Shown in pieces: positions 35,918 to 45,243 of a stretch of 64,000 nt of DNA. The stretch covers positions 482 through 64,481 of the forward strand of contig CAZUDK010000002.1 in assembly GCA_964618905.1 (NCBI GenBank). The letters are read 5' to 3'. Positions within the stretch are counted from its first letter, which is position 1. The number at the start of each line of letters is the position of its first letter. The position numbers and the translations under genes were made by a program. The notes under the pieces are model-generated. The model was not told the DNA's origin. It did no database searches and saw only the letters and a list, made by a program, of their open reading frames with translations. The DNA comes from an uncultured Candidatus Saccharibacteria bacterium (GTDB lineage Bacteria > Patescibacteriota > Minisyncoccia > Phycocordibacterales > Zambryskibacteraceae).

Positions 35918-36340
35918 ATGATTCTAAAGGTTAAAAAACTACATCCAGAAGCTAAGCTGCCAATTTTCGCCCATCCCGGAGATGCCGGCATGGACCTCTT
36001 CGCATTTGAGGATGTGGAGGTCCCAAGCGGCCGGTCAGCAAAGATCAGAGTCGGAATATCTCTTGAAATACCAGAAGGATATGTTGGCTTATGCTGGGAT
36101 AAGAGCGGACTATCAATGAACCACGGCATAAAAGTTCTTGGTGGGGTGATTGACTCTGGCTTTAGGGGCGAACTCGTTGTGGCAGTATTCAATCTTGGGC
36201 CAGAAAACTATACTTTTCATAAAGGCGACAAGGTTATGCAAATACTGATTCAAAAGGTGGAAAATCCGGAAATTGTTGAAGCAGAGGAACTTTCTGATTC
36301 AGCACGCGGAGAAAATGGCTTTGGCAGCACAGGAAAATGA
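35918..36340 (+). CDS. dut: dUTP diphosphatase
   Basis: Trimmed to the Met at MILKVKK (RBS aaggaata); GDAGMDL, GVIDSGFRGEL motifs. Confidence 0.85.
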   Translation: MILKVKKLHPEAKLPIFAHPGDAGMDLFAFEDVEVPSGRSAKIRVGISLEIPEGYVGLCWDKSGLSMNHGIKVLGGVIDSGFRGELVVAVFNLGPENYTFHKGDKVMQILIQKVENPEIVEAEELSDSARGENGFGSTGK

Positions 36341-37911
36341 TTAAGCAGCAAATCGAAAATTCAGTTAAGAACGCACTCTCCGAACTTGGACTAGGGGATA
36401 TGAATTTTGTGGTGGAACATCCGGCTCGCATAGAGTTTGGAGACTACTCTACGAATGCGGGTATTATTACAGGCAAGGGTGAGGAGATTGCAGAATATTT
36501 GAAATCGAATCTTCCAAAGGAAGTTGAAAGAGTGGAACTAAAGGGCGGCTTCATCAATTTCTTTCTGTCTAAAGAATTTTTCAAAAAGAGCATTGGAGAA
36601 ATTATTAAAAATGGAGAAAGTTTTGGGAAGAATGACAATCTAGAAGGCCAGAAAACAATCATTGAGTACACAGACCCGAATCCATTCAAGGAATTCCATA
36701 TCGGGCATTTGATGTCTAATGCTGTCGGCGAAGCTGTTTCAAGAATCATTGAGTGGAATGGAGCAGAGGTTAAGAGAGCCTGCTACCAGGGTGATGTGGG
36801 TATGCATGTAGCCAAAGCTGTGTGGGGAATGATGAAAGGGGAGAAAGATCCGTATGCCGCAGGCAACAGGGCATATGAAGATGATGAAGATGCGAAGAAA
36901 GAAATACAGCGAATAAACAAAGAAATATATGAAGGCGGAGGAGATGTAAAAGACCTTTGGGAGAGAGGGCGTCAGGAAAGTTTAGATGCTTTTGAAAAAA
37001 TATATAAAAAACTTGGAACAAAGTTTGATTACTTTTTCTTTGAATCAGAGACAGGAAAGGTTGGCCAGAAAATCGTCGAGGAGAATATTGGCAAGGTGTT
37101 TGAAGAATCTGACGGAGCAGTTGTTTTCAAGGCGGAGAAATATGACCCAAAACTTCATACCCGCGTTTTCATAAATTCAGAAGGCTTGCCGACATACGAA
37201 GCTAAAGAGCTTGGACTTGCACAGGTTAAGCACGAAAAATATCCGTACGATAAATCCATTGTAGTAACTGGCAATGAAGTAGATGGTTACTTTAAGGTTT
37301 TGCTTGAAGCGATGAAGCAAGTTCTGCCGAAGCTTGCAGAGAAGACAGAACATATCTCTCACGGCATGCTGCGTTTGCCGACAGGTAAGATGTCCTCGCG
37401 CACTGGAGATGTCATTACTGCTGAAGAACTCTTAGAGCAGGTTAAGGAGAAGACAGAAGGCAATGAGGAGGTTGCTATAGGAGCTATCAAGTATATGATC
37501 CTGCGTCAGGAAATTGGCGGAAATATAATTTTCGATATGGAAAAGTCTGTTTCGACAGAAGGAGACTCCGGAGTATATTTGCAATATGCATATGCAAGGT
37601 CTTGTTCGATTCTGGAGAAGGCAAACGGGCAGGCAGACCCAGAAGGTGTGAGAGAGAATGTGCAGAAGGTGGAAAAACTTTTATACAGATTTCCGGAAGT
37701 GGTCGAGAGGGCTATGCACGGCTTCTCGCCGAATTTAGTTACAACATATCTGACAGAGCTTGCAGGTGCTTTTAATAATTTTTATGCGCATGAGCAGGTC
37801 ATCGGCGATTCGCCGGAGGCGCTTTACCGCTTGGCGGTGGTGGAGGCTTTCAATAAGGTGATGAAGAACGGATTAGAGGTCCTGGGTATTCCAGCTCCTG
37901 AGAGAATATAA
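36337..37911 (+). CDS. argS: Arginine--tRNA ligase
   Basis: 524 aa; HIGH (FHIGHLMSNA), YLQYAYARSCSIL signature, DALR anticodon-binding domain. Confidence 0.9.
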   Translation: MIKQQIENSVKNALSELGLGDMNFVVEHPARIEFGDYSTNAGIITGKGEEIAEYLKSNLPKEVERVELKGGFINFFLSKEFFKKSIGEIIKNGESFGKNDNLEGQKTIIEYTDPNPFKEFHIGHLMSNAVGEAVSRIIEWNGAEVKRACYQGDVGMHVAKAVWGMMKGEKDPYAAGNRAYEDDEDAKKEIQRINKEIYEGGGDVKDLWERGRQESLDAFEKIYKKLGTKFDYFFFESETGKVGQKIVEENIGKVFEESDGAVVFKAEKYDPKLHTRVFINSEGLPTYEAKELGLAQVKHEKYPYDKSIVVTGNEVDGYFKVLLEAMKQVLPKLAEKTEHISHGMLRLPTGKMSSRTGDVITAEELLEQVKEKTEGNEEVAIGAIKYMILRQEIGGNIIFDMEKSVSTEGDSGVYLQYAYARSCSILEKANGQADPEGVRENVQKVEKLLYRFPEVVERAMHGFSPNLVTTYLTELAGAFNNFYAHEQVIGDSPEALYRLAVVEAFNKVMKNGLEVLGIPAPERI

Positions 37912-37989
37912 AGCTCAGCATTTACAATTAACTTTTATTATTGTAAAGTTCTGACAGAAATTGAACCCTTTCCCAACCTTGGAGGCATT

Positions 37990-38607
37990 ATGATCCTTAC
38001 CTTTAGTGGTCCATCCTGCGCAGGCAAGAGCACTATAATCAAGGCAGTATGCTGGCAGGACAAAAGCTTCCGAGTGCCGGTCTCATTCACCACTCGCCTC
38101 CTGATGGAAGGAGAGATAGAGGGGGATGACTACAATCATCGAACACGCGAGAGATTCGCTGATTTGGTAGGCGAGCGACATTTTGCAGAATGGGCAGAGC
38201 ATTTAGGGTATTTCTACGGTACCCCCAAGGATGCTATTGAAGAGATAATCAGTGCAGGGTATAACATTCTCATGGATCTCAACTGCAGTGGCGCCCGGCA
38301 AATCAAAATATTGTATCCGGATGCCGTGAGCTGCTTTATTCGTCCGCCGGACCTCGAAACGCTCGAGAGGCGCATAAGGAAAAGGCGGCGGGGAGAGAGT
38401 GAGGAAGACATCTGGAGAAGGCTGGCGATCGCCCGTAGCGAGATAGATCAGAGAGGGTGGTTCGATTACTGCATTACCAACGAAAAGTTGGAGGATGCGG
38501 TTGATGAAGTTCTTGCGGTCATCCAGAAGGTGCGGATTCGAGATGAACACGATGACATGGATGACTCTAGCAGAACGTCCCTGCCACGGATTCCTGGGTT
38601 CGTTTGA
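37990..38607 (+). CDS. Guanylate kinase-like nucleoside-monophosphate kinase
   Basis: P-loop GPSCAGKST, TTR...GE..G.DY; GC-rich (48-58%); acidic C-terminal tail. Confidence 0.65.
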   Translation: MILTFSGPSCAGKSTIIKAVCWQDKSFRVPVSFTTRLLMEGEIEGDDYNHRTRERFADLVGERHFAEWAEHLGYFYGTPKDAIEEIISAGYNILMDLNCSGARQIKILYPDAVSCFIRPPDLETLERRIRKRRRGESEEDIWRRLAIARSEIDQRGWFDYCITNEKLEDAVDEVLAVIQKVRIRDEHDDMDDSSRTSLPRIPGFV

Positions 38608-38609
38608 AT

Positions 38610-38650
38610 TAGCAGCCGGAGCGCATACGCGCTCCGGCTTTATGTTTCAG
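38610..38650 (+). terminator. Rho-independent terminator (agccggagcgc-atac-gcgctccggct + TTTATGTTT)
   Basis: Perfect 11-bp GC stem. Confidence 0.8.
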
Positions 38651-38700
38651 GTATACTCATAAGGTTTTGTAAAGAGGGTCTTAGTGCTAGGATATTCACC

Positions 38701-41700
38701 ATGAATGAAAAGTCTGACAGAGCCAAGAGGGAAGAGAAGATACTCTCTTTCTGGCAGGAAAAAAATATTTTCAAAAAAACTCTGGAGAAGGATGCTCCTA
38801 AGGGGGAATTTGTATTTTACGAAGGTCCGCCGACCGCAAACGGCCGGCCGGGCATTCACCACCTTGAAGCCCGTGCTTTCAAGGATGCTATCCCGCGATA
38901 CAAGACCATGCGCGGATATCATGTGCGCCGAAAGGCTGGCTGGGACACACATGGCTTGCCGGTAGAGCTTGAGGTTGAGAAACAGCTTGGCATAAGCTCA
39001 AAAAAACAAATTGAAGAGTATGGCATAGCCAAGTTCAATGAGGAGTGCAAGAAAAATGTCTGGAAGTATGTGGACGAATGGATAGACTTTACTAAGAGGA
39101 TAGGTTACTGGGTGGACTTTGACGATGCATACATTACTTACAAAAATCCGTACATAGAATCTGTCTGGAATGTGATCGCTCGTGCGGATGAAAGAGGTCT
39201 TCTATACAAGGATTATAAGGTGGTTCCGTGGTGTCCAAGGTGCGGTACTGCTCTTTCTTCACACGAGCTGGCGCAAGGATATGCAGATGTTAAAGATTTG
39301 TCTGTGTATGCAAAATTTAAAATTGTCGGATTCGATAACGCCTATTTCCTAGCATGGACTACTACACCATGGACTCTGCCGGGCAATGTCGCTCTGGCAG
39401 TCGGTGCAGACATCACATACGTTGAAGCTAAGGTTGGGGAAGATATCTTTGTCTTAGCTAAAGACAGGCTTTCAGTACTCGAAGAGTCATATGAGATAAT
39501 CGCTGAGCACAAGGGTTCGGAGATGGTCGGCATGGAGTACGAGCCTCTGTATCCTTTCCTTAAAGAAAATTATAAAGGCGAAGGCTTGGAGAAAGCATAT
39601 AAAGTTTACACAGCAGATTTTGTGAACACAGAAGATGGTACAGGCATTGTTCATACGGCTGTGATGTACGGCCAAGATGACTTTGCTCTTGGTACGAAAA
39701 TTGGCTTGCCAAAGTACCATTTAGTAGATGAATCCGGGCATTTTCTGCCAGAAGCAGGCTTCCTTGCAGGCAAGTTTGTAAAAGATGAAGAAACTGCCGT
39801 CGAGATCATTAAAGACTTGGCTCATAGAGGACTCTTCTTTAAGAAAGAGAAATATGAGCACTCGTATCCTCACTGTTGGAGGTGTAAGACGCCTCTTATC
39901 TACTATGCCCGAGATTCCTGGTATATCAGGATGTCTGAGCTCCGCGACAAGCTGGTAAGCGAAAACGAGAAAATAAATTGGGAGCCGAATTATATAAAAG
40001 AAGGCCGCTTCGGCGAGTGGCTTCGAGAGGTTAAAGATTGGGCGCTATCCCGTGAGCGCTACTGGGGCACGCCTTTGCCAGTATGGGAGTCCGAGACCAG
40101 TAAGAAAATCGTTGCCGGTTCCATAGAGACTCTTAAAAAGTATACAAAGAGATCTGACAACAAGTATTTTATGATGCGGCACGCTGAGGCCATGAGCAAC
40201 GCCAAGAATGTGCTCGATCCTCAAGGCGATCCGAACAATCATCTTACAGATAAGGGCAGAGCAGAGGCAGTCAGGACTTCAGAAGAACTGAAAGGCAAAG
40301 AAATAGAATTGATACTGACTTCTCCATTTATTCGCACTAAAGAGACAGCAGAGATAGTAAGGAAGGAACTAGGTTTGCCGAAAGAGAGTGTTGTGGTGGA
40401 TGATCGCTTGCACGAAGCCAATGAAAAAGACTTTAAGCTGGTGCGCAAGCGCCTGGGCGAATTCATTTACTGGCTAGACAAAAAATATTTGGGCAGAAAT
40501 ATTCTTATAGTGTCGCACGGAAATCCTCTCTGGGTTTTGGAGAGAATTTCAGACTGGAAAGACAGCGACAATTTCGAGGGGGATAAGATGCTTGCCACTG
40601 CTGAAGTTCGAGAGCTGAATTTTGCTCCCATGCCGCACAATGAAGATTATGAGCTTGATCTTCATAAGCCTTACATAGATGAAGTAGTGCTTGAGAAAGA
40701 CGGCGAAGAGTACAGGCGAACCAAGGAAGTCATGGATGTCTGGCTCGACTCAGGTTCAATGCCTTTCGCTCAGGACCATTATCCTTTCTCAGGCAAACTA
40801 ATGTATCCAGCAGACTTCATATCTGAAGCTATCGACCAGACACGCGGCTGGTTTTACACTCTGCATGCCGTTGGAATGATTATGGAGAGAGGTCATGCAT
40901 ACAACAATGTTATTTGCCTCGGCCACATACTTGATGCAGAAGGCAAGAAGATGTCTAAGTCTATCGGCAATGTGGTAAATCCGTGGGAGGCCATGGACAA
41001 ATACGGAGTGGATGTACTTCGCATGTGGATGTATTCGGTTAATCAGCCCGGAGAATCCAAGAACTTTGATGAACGCACTGTCGATGAGCTGAGCAAGCGA
41101 GTCTTTAATCTCTTAGACAACGTGTATGCGTTTTATGAAATGTACAAATTGCCGAATGATTCAAGCGAAGGAGATGGAGAAAAAGTTCATATTCTTGACA
41201 GGTGGATATTGGCTCGACTCAGCGAGTTGGTAGATTTCTCTTCTGAGATGCTGGATCAATATAAATTGCTTGAGCCAACGCGCGCCATGCGAGAGTTTAT
41301 TGATGATCTTTCTACGTGGTACTTGCGCCGCTCGAGAGATAGATTAAAAGAAGGGGATGCTGGCGCTAAGGAGACATTGCATCAAGTCCTTATTACTCTG
41401 TCTAAAATTTTAGCTCCTTTCGCTCCGTTTACGGCGGAAGAGTTGTATCGGAATCTTCGTGAGGAGGATGAACCAGAGAGTGTTCATCTTTGTGCCTGGC
41501 CTGAAGTGAAGCGTTCGCTCTTTTCTATGTTCAGAAAGGATGATTCTTCTAAAATTATTGAAGATATGAAGGAGGTGAGGAGGATTACAACCCTTGCCCT
41601 CAGTGAAAGGCAGAATGCGGGTATAAAAGTGCGTCAGCCGCTCGCTAAACTCGAAATTAAAAATTGGAAGCTTGGCAAAGAATATGAGGAAATCATCAAG

Positions 41701-41955
41701 GATGAGGTAAACGTCAAAGAAGTTTTAGAGAATCCTCAACTTGATACAGAGGTAAGACTCGATACCAGTATCACCCCCGAGCTTGAAGAAGAAGGAAAAA
41801 TGCGCGAAGTAATAAGGCGTATTCAGGATCTGCGCAAAGAAAAGAATCTGAATCCGGGCGAGACAATGGAGTATGATCTGCCGGAAGAAGAGAGAGAACT
41901 TTTTGCAAAATACAGAGAAGAAATAAAGAAAGCTACAAATATAGAATTAAAGTGA
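38701..41955 (+). CDS. ileS: Isoleucine--tRNA ligase with an inserted histidine-phosphatase (PGAM-like) domain
   Basis: 1084 aa; editing-domain TTTPWTLPGN, WCPRCGT, KMSKS, DVWLDSGS; inserted block YFMMRHAE...LTDKGRAEA...ILTSPFIRTKETAEIV...IVSHGN at about aa 490-620. Confidence 0.85.
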   Translation: MNEKSDRAKREEKILSFWQEKNIFKKTLEKDAPKGEFVFYEGPPTANGRPGIHHLEARAFKDAIPRYKTMRGYHVRRKAGWDTHGLPVELEVEKQLGISSKKQIEEYGIAKFNEECKKNVWKYVDEWIDFTKRIGYWVDFDDAYITYKNPYIESVWNVIARADERGLLYKDYKVVPWCPRCGTALSSHELAQGYADVKDLSVYAKFKIVGFDNAYFLAWTTTPWTLPGNVALAVGADITYVEAKVGEDIFVLAKDRLSVLEESYEIIAEHKGSEMVGMEYEPLYPFLKENYKGEGLEKAYKVYTADFVNTEDGTGIVHTAVMYGQDDFALGTKIGLPKYHLVDESGHFLPEAGFLAGKFVKDEETAVEIIKDLAHRGLFFKKEKYEHSYPHCWRCKTPLIYYARDSWYIRMSELRDKLVSENEKINWEPNYIKEGRFGEWLREVKDWALSRERYWGTPLPVWESETSKKIVAGSIETLKKYTKRSDNKYFMMRHAEAMSNAKNVLDPQGDPNNHLTDKGRAEAVRTSEELKGKEIELILTSPFIRTKETAEIVRKELGLPKESVVVDDRLHEANEKDFKLVRKRLGEFIYWLDKKYLGRNILIVSHGNPLWVLERISDWKDSDNFEGDKMLATAEVRELNFAPMPHNEDYELDLHKPYIDEVVLEKDGEEYRRTKEVMDVWLDSGSMPFAQDHYPFSGKLMYPADFISEAIDQTRGWFYTLHAVGMIMERGHAYNNVICLGHILDAEGKKMSKSIGNVVNPWEAMDKYGVDVLRMWMYSVNQPGESKNFDERTVDELSKRVFNLLDNVYAFYEMYKLPNDSSEGDGEKVHILDRWILARLSELVDFSSEMLDQYKLLEPTRAMREFIDDLSTWYLRRSRDRLKEGDAGAKETLHQVLITLSKILAPFAPFTAEELYRNLREEDEPESVHLCAWPEVKRSLFSMFRKDDSSKIIEDMKEVRRITTLALSERQNAGIKVRQPLAKLEIKNWKLGKEYEEIIKDEVNVKEVLENPQLDTEVRLDTSITPELEEEGKMREVIRRIQDLRKEKNLNPGETMEYDLPEEERELFAKYREEIKKATNIELK
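40160..40565 (+). other. In-frame histidine-phosphatase (phosphoglycerate-mutase/SixA-like) domain inside ileS
   Basis: RHAE (RHG), LTDKG..QA-type, SHG motifs in order; continuous reading frame. Confidence 0.7.
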
Positions 41956-41988
41956 GGTTGCCAATTACAAGATTGAAAATTAATTCCC

Positions 41989-42501
41989 GTGTCTTATCAC
42001 ATATACACTACGGATGCCTTGGTGCTGTCGCATAGACCATTGCGAGAAGCCGACAGGATATATTCGATACTTACAAGAGACTTTGGACTCATTCAAGCTT
42101 CAGCGTCAGGTGTGCGTAAGGAGCAGTCAAAATTGAGAGGTTCTCTTGAGCCTTTTTCATTTTCCAAAATGTCGCTTGTGAAGGGTAAAGAATATTGGCG
42201 CATTACGAACGCTGTTTTTGAAAGATATGCAGATAAACATTTTGCCGCTCCTTTTGCACTTCTAGAGAAGCTTATGGCAGGGGAGAGTGAACATTCCGAG
42301 CTTTTTGGCGATATTGAGGAAGAGATACGTCATTATAGTGTGTCAGATGAATTGGCTGAAGCTCGCATGGTTTCAAAAATGCTTTTCCATCTTGGTTATA
42401 TGGAATATGAGGATCTTAACCTAGATAAAAAAGACTTAGTTAAGGCAATAAATAAAGGCATAAAGGCGAGCGGATTGGCAGATCAGAGGGTTTATAACTG
42501 A
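41989..42501 (+). CDS. recO: RecO-like recombination mediator (N-terminal OB domain only, truncated)
   Basis: 170 aa; DALVLSHRPLREADRIYSILTRDFGLIQASASGVRKEQSKLRGSLEPFS aligns with the RecO N-terminus; no zinc-finger C-terminus. Confidence 0.5.
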   Translation: MSYHIYTTDALVLSHRPLREADRIYSILTRDFGLIQASASGVRKEQSKLRGSLEPFSFSKMSLVKGKEYWRITNAVFERYADKHFAAPFALLEKLMAGESEHSELFGDIEEEIRHYSVSDELAEARMVSKMLFHLGYMEYEDLNLDKKDLVKAINKGIKASGLADQRVYN

Positions 42502-42564
42502 CGCTAAAATCAGCTCAGCCAATAAATTATTTAAAGAAATTTTACTAAATGTTACAATGATGCG

Positions 42565-44019
42565 ATGAACGGTGAAGAAAAGAGCAGTGTAGAAAAATTA
42601 AAGGAGAAGCTTTATTCTCGCACGAGATACAAGAAGCCGACCGATCAGCGTTCAAATATTGAACAGCCTGAAGACAGGCCTCAAGTAGCAGAAAAGTGGG
42701 ATACGCCGGAACTTGATGAGATGCTTCAGCATGACAGGCGCCTGCCTGAACCTTATCCAATCATGAAAAAAATTTTTGTATTTGCTCTATTGTTCTTCAT
42801 AGGAACTTTAGCTATAACAGCCTTTATCTTTCTGGGCGGTTCAAACTTTATCTCTTCCAAGAATGTGGATATAAGCGTATCCGGGCCAGCATCTATCAGC
42901 GCAGGAGATGTGCTGGAGCTCGGCATTACGATATCGAACAAAAATAATGCCGATCTGCAGGTAGCAAATTTGTCTATTCAGTATCCTCAAGGCAGTCATG
43001 AGGCCGATAATCCAGAACATGCCATTACTTATGTAAGGGAAGAGCTTGGAGCTATAGGTTCCGGAGATGAGTTGAATAAAATCGAGAGAGTTATCCTCTT
43101 CGGCGAAGAAGGTGAGGTCAAGCAGATTAAAATATCAGTAGAGTATAGAATAAGCGGCTCGAACGCTACTTTCTATAAAGATAAGATATACGAAATAACC
43201 ATTGGCGAACCTCCGTTAACCATGATTATTGATCAGCCTGACTCAGTGAATTCCGGAGACGCTTTTAATACCAATGTTACAGTTTCTTCTGCTTCAACCG
43301 AAGTGCTTAGGAACGTGGTTGTGAAGGCTGATTATCCTCCTGGCTATTCTCTGATATCTTCGCAGCCGCAACCCCTGACCGGCGAAAATTTCTGGTCTCT
43401 TGGAGACATGCCGCCGGGCAGTGAAAAGACTTTGACTCTCAAAGGCCACTTGCTCGGAGAAAATCAGGAGAAAAGAACTTTTCACTTCACTGTCGGTGTA
43501 GGAGATCCGGGCCTAAGCGGCATCATACTTGGTGCAGACCTTGTTTCTTTATCCGATACGGTCAGCATAGCAAGGCCGTCCGTCAGTTTGTCTTTGGCGC
43601 TGGATGGCGATGAGAGTTTTGAACACAATTTAAAGGCAGGTGATTTTGTTTCTGCGGATATTCGTGTACGTAACAATCTTTCAGACAAAATAGTCGGACC
43701 GAAGCTTGTAGTGCATCTTTCGGGAACAGCACTTGATGAAAATTCTGTTTCTTCATCAGGCGGTGTATATGATAGACAAAACAATACTATTACTTGGAAT
43801 CTTGTGAATTTGTTTGGACAGCCGGAGATTCTGCCCGGTGCTGACGGAGAAGTTAATCTCAGATTCAGGTCGCTTGAAGACGCCGGTGAGCCGGCAGGAG
43901 AAATTAATATAGAAGTTTCCTTCAGCGGTCGGTCCGTGGGTGAAATTTCAAGGGAGATCGGCTCTGAACTGGAAAGACTCATAAAAGTCTCAGCCGAAAC
44001 AGGTTTCCAGCCTGAGTAA
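42565..44019 (+). CDS. Membrane-anchored surface protein with repeated β-sandwich (CARDB/DUF11-like) domains
   Basis: Cytoplasmic N-terminus, one TM (FVFALLFFIGTLAITAFIFLGG), then repeated Ig-like segments. Confidence 0.45.
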   Translation: MNGEEKSSVEKLKEKLYSRTRYKKPTDQRSNIEQPEDRPQVAEKWDTPELDEMLQHDRRLPEPYPIMKKIFVFALLFFIGTLAITAFIFLGGSNFISSKNVDISVSGPASISAGDVLELGITISNKNNADLQVANLSIQYPQGSHEADNPEHAITYVREELGAIGSGDELNKIERVILFGEEGEVKQIKISVEYRISGSNATFYKDKIYEITIGEPPLTMIIDQPDSVNSGDAFNTNVTVSSASTEVLRNVVVKADYPPGYSLISSQPQPLTGENFWSLGDMPPGSEKTLTLKGHLLGENQEKRTFHFTVGVGDPGLSGIILGADLVSLSDTVSIARPSVSLSLALDGDESFEHNLKAGDFVSADIRVRNNLSDKIVGPKLVVHLSGTALDENSVSSSGGVYDRQNNTITWNLVNLFGQPEILPGADGEVNLRFRSLEDAGEPAGEINIEVSFSGRSVGEISREIGSELERLIKVSAETGFQPE

Positions 44020-44054
44020 AGAACTTTGTTCGGAAAGCTGCTACAATACTGGCA

Positions 44055-45227
44055 ATGTCGGAAAAAGACCCTGAATTAATGGAAAAAATCGTCTCTCTCG
44101 CCAAGAGGCGGGGATTCGTGTATCAAAACTCAGAGATATATGGAGGCTTCGCTGGTTTTTGGAATTATGGGCACTACGGCTCGATTCTCAAGGAAAATAT
44201 AAAAAACTTATGGAAACGTAGATTTGTCTTTGATCGGGATGATGTATTCATCATTGATACTTCCATTATTTCCAATCCTAAAGTTCTTGAAGCTTCCGGC
44301 CATGTTTCCACTTTTGGCAATGAAATCTTCAAAACAGAAGTTGGTACTGGTGAAGATGCGGCAGTTTCTCATCTGCGTCCTGAGACAGCGCAAGGTATCT
44401 TCGTAGATTTTAAGAATGTGGTTGATGTGCATCATCCCCAGCTGCCTTTTGGTGTGGCGCAGATAGGAAAATCTTTCCGTAATGAAATTGCACCAAGAGA
44501 TTTTATTTTCCGTTCACGTGAGTTTGAACAGATGGAGGTTGAATACTTTGTACGACCGGAGAATTGGGGGGCATCCTTTGAAGAATGGCACGGCGTAATT
44601 CATGCTTTTGCGAAAGAGATCGGTATTCCTAAGGAACATTTGTATGATCTGGAAGTACCTGATGATGAAAGAGCTCACTATTCTAAGCGCACCATAGATT
44701 TTGAATTTGATTATCCATTCGGCAGAAAAGAGCTATGGGGTCTTGCTTATCGAACTGATTTTGACCTAAAGAATCATAATCTGGATTATTTTGATGAAAA
44801 GACAGGGGAGAGAATCGTGCCTCATGTCATAGAACCATCGCTCGGCGTGGACCGAACGTTTCTTGCGGTTTTGGTATCTGCATATACAGAAGATGAAATG
44901 GCTGGCGAGAAAAGAAGCTATTTGAAGCTTCCTAAAAATATTGCTCCTGTAAGAGCAGCAGTATTTCCTCTTCTTAAAAATAAGCCTGAGCTCGTATCAA
45001 AGGCCAGGGAAGTATACGAAATGCTGAAAAAGGATATTCCGAATGTCGTTTGGGATGACAACGGCAACATAGGCAAGCGCTACAGAAGGCAGGATGAGAT
45101 CGGCACTCCTCACTGCATAACTATAGATTTCGATACTCTTGAAGATGGCACAGTAACAGTCCGCGACAGAGATACTGGCGACCAGAAAAGAATCAAAATA
45201 GAAGATTTGAAAGAAGTGCTTTCCTGA
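44055..45227 (+). CDS. glyS: Glycine--tRNA ligase (alpha2 type), short
   Basis: EIYGGFAGFWNYGHYG, motif 2 FRNEIAPRDFIFRSREFEQME. Confidence 0.7.
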   Translation: MSEKDPELMEKIVSLAKRRGFVYQNSEIYGGFAGFWNYGHYGSILKENIKNLWKRRFVFDRDDVFIIDTSIISNPKVLEASGHVSTFGNEIFKTEVGTGEDAAVSHLRPETAQGIFVDFKNVVDVHHPQLPFGVAQIGKSFRNEIAPRDFIFRSREFEQMEVEYFVRPENWGASFEEWHGVIHAFAKEIGIPKEHLYDLEVPDDERAHYSKRTIDFEFDYPFGRKELWGLAYRTDFDLKNHNLDYFDEKTGERIVPHVIEPSLGVDRTFLAVLVSAYTEDEMAGEKRSYLKLPKNIAPVRAAVFPLLKNKPELVSKAREVYEMLKKDIPNVVWDDNGNIGKRYRRQDEIGTPHCITIDFDTLEDGTVTVRDRDTGDQKRIKIEDLKEVLS

Positions 45228-45243
45228 TGTATTCTAAGCCTTC

